Below, piece after piece: positions 59,357 through 64,000 of a DNA stretch of 64,000 bases. The notes below the pieces were generated by a model that worked only from the letters and a program-made list of their open reading frames with translations, was not told the origin of the DNA and did no database searches. Both the position numbers and the translations under genes were made by a program. The DNA comes from Priapulus caudatus (Eukaryota): assembly GCF_000485595.1 (NCBI RefSeq), contig NW_014577085.1:651494-715493 (forward strand), in the 5' to 3' direction. Each line of letters opens with the position of its first letter. The first letter of the stretch is position 1.

Positions 59357-61467
59357 CCTCTAGGACCTTAGTAATGCTCATCAGGGTCTATGTCCCCAGG
59401 GTACTAAACGCGGAACGTCCACCCTGTTACGGTCCGGTATGCCGGAACGTACGCCTAGGTCACTATTTGATATGGTTACGGGTTAGGATTAGGGTTAGGG
59501 TTAGGTTTAGGGTTATGGGTTTAGGAGTAAGGCTGTAGGCGATCTCCCTAGACTCGTTGGAGTAGGCGAGGTACGGTCGCATATTTTATTAGATATACCT
59601 AGGGCTACGGTTCGCGGTTATAGCCCGACGCGTACCCAGGGTACGTTCCGGCAGTACCTCCAGGGGACATAGATCCTCTCCTGGCTTCTCCAGCCTTATG
59701 TAATACTTATTATTAGTAATACTTAGTAACTAATACTAGTAGTACAATACTAAATACATAGTAGTAAATCTAATACATAGTAATAGTTAGATATAACCTA
59801 GTAACTTGTAAGGCAGTACTAACTACTACTAGTAGTAAGTACTGTAGTACTACTACTAGTGAGTAGTAGTAAAGTAGTAGTAGTACTACTACACAGCACT
59901 AGGTTAATAGCTAGTAGTAGTAGTAGTAGTAGTAGTACAGTAGTAGTAGTAGGCCTACTACCATAAAACACAAACAATGTTATATTCCAATAATATAAAA
60001 CTATGCATGAATCTTAAGATATACCTCTAGTATACTTTCATAATGCAGTGACTATAAATACATACAGTCTAAATTCATTAAAGTCTCGGCGCATATTTTC
60101 GGTGACCAGCTTTATTTCTTCCATGTCGGCAGATTACGAGTTCAAATTTACCAACCAAAGCTGGGTTATCGGTACTCAAGACGTACGAACGCTAACGTCT
60201 TGTGATTCTTAATATATCCTGTCAACAAACGAATACAGCCATCGACATAGGATTAGTCAATAATTAAGGTAGACTGGTACCGCCGATCCCACTTCTCGGC
60301 TTAGTTACTTCGATGGGCCATCGAATAATCGAGGTGGGACCGAGTAACCAGTCATATAGATTAAGTACATACGTGGGTAGTTATTGGTTCCCATCGTATA
60401 GTGAGGATTGTGGGATATCCCCGCTTCCGATGGAAACCCGCTGAGCCGTTTTTCTCCGTTTTTTTGTTCGGTATTTATGGATAACTAGATAAATACTGGA
60501 ATATCGCATGATATATTTTATCATTCCTGGCTAATAATAGTTTCCAGCTTTGGTGTTGTCATCGAATTATTACAATAAAAATAGAAATTCAGATCTGAGA
60601 ACCAGTAGAGTTGCTAGTCTTAGTCCAATGTGACAAGCCGAGTCTAAGTCTAACTGGAGTTTGGAGTTTGGAACTCAAGCCGATTTGTGCCGACGAGAGC
60701 AGAGCTATTTACGTTTTGTGTTGCGTAAACATAGCCATATAGGACAATAGGAGGCCACCTGTAAGACTGTAGTGTAGACCATCAGCATCTATAATAACGA
60801 CCCTCACATGGTGTCTAAAGCGAGGTATCAAATACTATATGTATTAATATTAATACCTGTGTGCCTAAATATGAATTTAAATGTATAGCCACATAAATAT
60901 TACATGCATACAATACACTCATTACATCATACAGTCATCTACCACAGCTCTCATGGACTAATTGGGTTCCAAGATAAAAAAGATTGTCCAGTACGGTGAT
61001 TGATATAGGATGATCGTTAGTTGATTATAAGAACCTAGGACTGGACTGTGGACGTGCAATCTTCTCTATCCCTCGACTCTGAGGCCGTCGTTAGCGACTG
61101 CTGGTCAAGGGTTCGATAAATAGCTCTCAATATACCACTCTTATACACACTATGGTAGGCGCAGCATCGGGGTTCTATTTATTGAAAACACCCCGAACCA
61201 GCAGTCGCAATTAGTACGCTGTGAGGCTGTGTGTCTTCTTGAAATATTGTCAGTAATTAGTAATAGTATATATACTATTAAGTAGCCTAGAGTAAGCTAG
61301 TATTAAAGTTGTAGCTTAAGTAGCTACGCTGCCCATAACTATAGACCTATAAATTTATATATTTATAGAATTAAAATATTCATTATTATTACTGGTATAT
61401 ATCCAGGGTTCTTCCTCCAGGAATTTCAGAAGCCCCATTTAATACTGGTATTAAGTGTATATGATAT

Positions 61468-61886
61468 CACTATAAGAGCTCCCCGGAAGTGATGACGCTC
61501 ACAGTGGCCATGAACAACGCCGACACTGGTCTCTACGACCACTAAAATCCATGATATTCTCTGGTAACATTCAACGGCGGTCGTGTTTTGTACCCGTTGT
61601 AACCATCATCTGAGAGTGCATTAATTGCAGTTTTATCAGATTATCTAAAGATGGAGTGAAAAGCAACGAAAAAAAAAAATAAATAATAATAATTAAAAAA
61701 AAAAAAAATTAAATATTGTAAGATCGACTTGCTACTGATGCTTTACCGCTGTCTGCAGCGCACACACTCGTGTTTACGTAGCACAAACATTTTCACACAG
61801 CAGTTAATGTTATGGAGCAGGGGGTTGTGTAGAACCATGGGTTCGTTGTCATGCCACTGTGACGTCACACTTCGGTACTCTATAGG
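61468..61886. mobile_element. TIR element with CACTA/CCCTA-like termini (CMC/EnSpm-like MITE)
   Basis: ~40-bp TIR CTATAGAG..CCGAAGTG(A)TGACGTCACAGTGGCATGACAAC (clean copy at 57531-57573), inverted at 61845-61886. Confidence 0.55.
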
Positions 61887-62618
61887 GTCATGATACGATA
61901 TCATACGTGTGTCGTATCTCGATACGTATAGATCATATGATATGATACGTATTGCGATACACAGGCAGAAGAAAGAGAGATAGTAAATTCCAAGTTATTG
62001 TCAATTTTTCATACAAAAAACATTCAGTAATACTATATTATATATTTCTATGGCTGAAGCACATCAAGACGGTCTGAGTGCTTTAGACTAGAGTCTAGGC
62101 TAACATGTAATCGACAGCTCCACTCACATACGTGCCATACACAATGTGCCATGCAGTGTAGCTCTAGAACTATAGTGAAGCCCTTTGCTCCGCCACAGGC
62201 GTAACAGGATAGCCTCCAGTGGCAGAGCGAAGGGCTATAGTTCTAGAGCTATATACACAGTAAAAGCGCGTGCTACATTATGTGTACAGGAACGACACGC
62301 ACCTGTCAATCGCTTTCGTGATTGTTTTGCAGTAACAATATTGGCAGAAATACCAAGCATGCCATATATATTGGCCCAGATTTCTATGACATTCAAGGAT
62401 ATTTACGTGATACTGAAAGGGAATTCAGATAATCATAATAGAAGAAAGTATTCAAATTTAAAGGAATTACATGTGCTTCATTAAATAGCTTAGCTTGTTT
62501 TATTCACTGTTTAACATCCGTATCGTTTGTATCGCGATACAGACGCGCGTATCGATTATCGTATTGTGGACTGTTGTAGCGCAATTCGTTGATGTATCGG
62601 TGAATCGTTACACCCCTA
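61883..62618. mobile_element. Decayed hAT-like MITE with GATAC/GTATC subterminal repeats
   Basis: TAGGG...CCCCTA ends with clusters of GATAC on the left and GTATC on the right; no clean TSD. Confidence 0.45.
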
Positions 62619-62986
62619 ATATATCAGTATATCAGTGTCATTCGTGATCATTCAAGCCCTATGGTGTGTATTCCTTTACTCCACCATTCTCCTCCCAATG
62701 TTGCAAAGTGAAGGCCTACAAATATGTAGAGCTAGATTAACTAGTAGTACTGATCTACGTAATAATATAATAATTAATAGTACTAGTAGTGACGTTGGGA
62801 GTGATGGTGGTAGTACTTAGTGACGGCGACTGCTGCCACAGTGGCAGCAGCAATAGTAATACAGTGTGGCCCTGTTATATAACACGATCGTTGAGGTCCA
62901 TAAAATGTCATCGCGAAAAAAGCGGGGTTGCGCTAAATCGGGGTTCAAGAAAATCACTGTATAAACTGACCCAATGTTGACCCAAT

Positions 62987-63920
62987 GGCCCTGTCACACC
63001 TTGATGATTTAGCCAGCATATGCCGACGTATCAAAATTTCTCTAAAACGCTGGCATAAGCTGAACTATCGATGTTTTTTTCAATTTTGGCCGTATACATA
63101 GCGTATTCATAACGAGTTGGACGTATACTTAACGTATTAGTAACGTATATATAGAACGTTTCGATAACTTATAGATAACTTATACCAACGAATGCTTAGC
63201 GTGTTGCCGGCGTTCACAACTTATGCCCAACGATAGTCTAACTTATGCATAGCACGCGGCAGCGTATCGCCGACGATCGCGTGTCGTAGCTTATAAAAAG
63301 GCTGCCGCTCAACGATTCAAATCATAACCGCACTAGACATCGCAGTATATCAACATCACCGTCACAGTATCAACATACCAATAACATTTTTATATACCAA
63401 TTCCCCTAAACGCTGCCAATACGCCATTATACGGTAGCTGTAAGTTAGAAACACGTTCAGTAAGTTCTGTGGTCATCCGGAACACGTCAAATACGTCTAC
63501 ATACGTCAATATGCGTTGGAGATAAGTTATACACATAGGTTCAAAGCACGTTACTCATAGGTTAGAAATAAGTTTTGGGTACGCTAGACATTATCTCGAC
63601 GTATTTCGACTTATGAGTAACTTAATTACAAGTAACGTGTGTGAACATGTGTCAACGATCGCATAACTTGCCTACAACTTATCATTATGGCCCGCGTATG
63701 CGGGACGTATGGGCATACGCTGGCATACGTCGGAAAATTTTGAGCATGCTCAACATTTTCCGACGACCTTGCCGTACTACGACGTATACCAGCGTGCTTC
63801 AGCGTGCTCTTATAACTTATACAAAGCTTACCCATAACTTATTCGACGTACGCCAGCGTATTCACCAAATTTTTCATACGTCGGTATACGCTGGCTTTCA
63901 TACGGAGGTGTGACAGCACC
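62987..63920. mobile_element. PIF/Harbinger-like MITE
   Basis: ~45-bp imperfect TIR GGCCCTGTCACACCTTGATGATTTAGCCAGCATATGCCGACGTAT / ATACGTCGGTATACGCTGGCTTTCATACGGAGGTGTGACAGCACC. Confidence 0.65.
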
Positions 63921-64000
63921 ATTACATCCTAAAACACCCGTGCTATTTTCGCCCTATTTGACCTGTTTTTTGTTCGAATGCATAATGAACAATGCATAAA

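Larger units (their letters stand above)
53612..61527. repeat. ~3.96-kb tandem duplication (53612-57574 and 57575-61527) including OTUB1 exon 1 and promoter
   Basis: Collinear along the full length. The second OTUB1 exon-1 copy (~60065-60124) carries indels. Confidence 0.9.

Noticed and set aside
59475..59530. TTAGGG tract as a telomere or chromosome fusion site
   Set aside because: Short and internal to a MITE with TIRs and TSD.
60065..60124. Second OTUB1 exon 1 as a pseudogene
   Set aside because: Its indels match the noise of the surrounding sequence; it cannot be distinguished from read error or an allele.

Overview
AT-rich, transposon-dense eukaryotic scaffold from a bilaterian invertebrate (taxon inferred only), with N gaps and several indel-rich, long-read-like patches. 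I reconstructed four protein-coding genes by hand from splice sites and frame. (1) An intronless, very GC/CpG-rich discs large (Dlg/SAP97-type MAGUK: L27-3xPDZ-SH3-GK) on the minus strand, whose GK end is garbled and duplicated around an N gap. (2) A 4-exon, 99-aa acylphosphatase (ACYP) on the minus strand with a 17-nt microexon, missed by the ORF track. (3) A 9-exon IFT43 on the plus strand. (4) An 8-exon otubain (OTUB1-like) on the minus strand. The most striking feature is that the Dlg ORF starts only ~460 nt after the ACYP stop on the same strand, with no AATAAA/ATTAAA between them and ~500 nt free of AUG. This suggests an ACYP-Dlg bicistronic or retrogene-in-3'UTR arrangement, or a promoter inside ACYP's last exon. 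Introns and intergenic DNA hold many non-autonomous elements: Helentron-associated (HINE-like), hAT-like with 5/6/8-bp TSDs, Mutator-like MITEs with telomere-type repeats, Kolobok-like, TNA-target MITEs, Vingi-like and CR1/L2-like LINE remnants, a Nin/Deu-type SINE and a solo LTR. Three regions look like allelic or assembly duplications: 6795-7087, 35859-38176 and 53612-61527.
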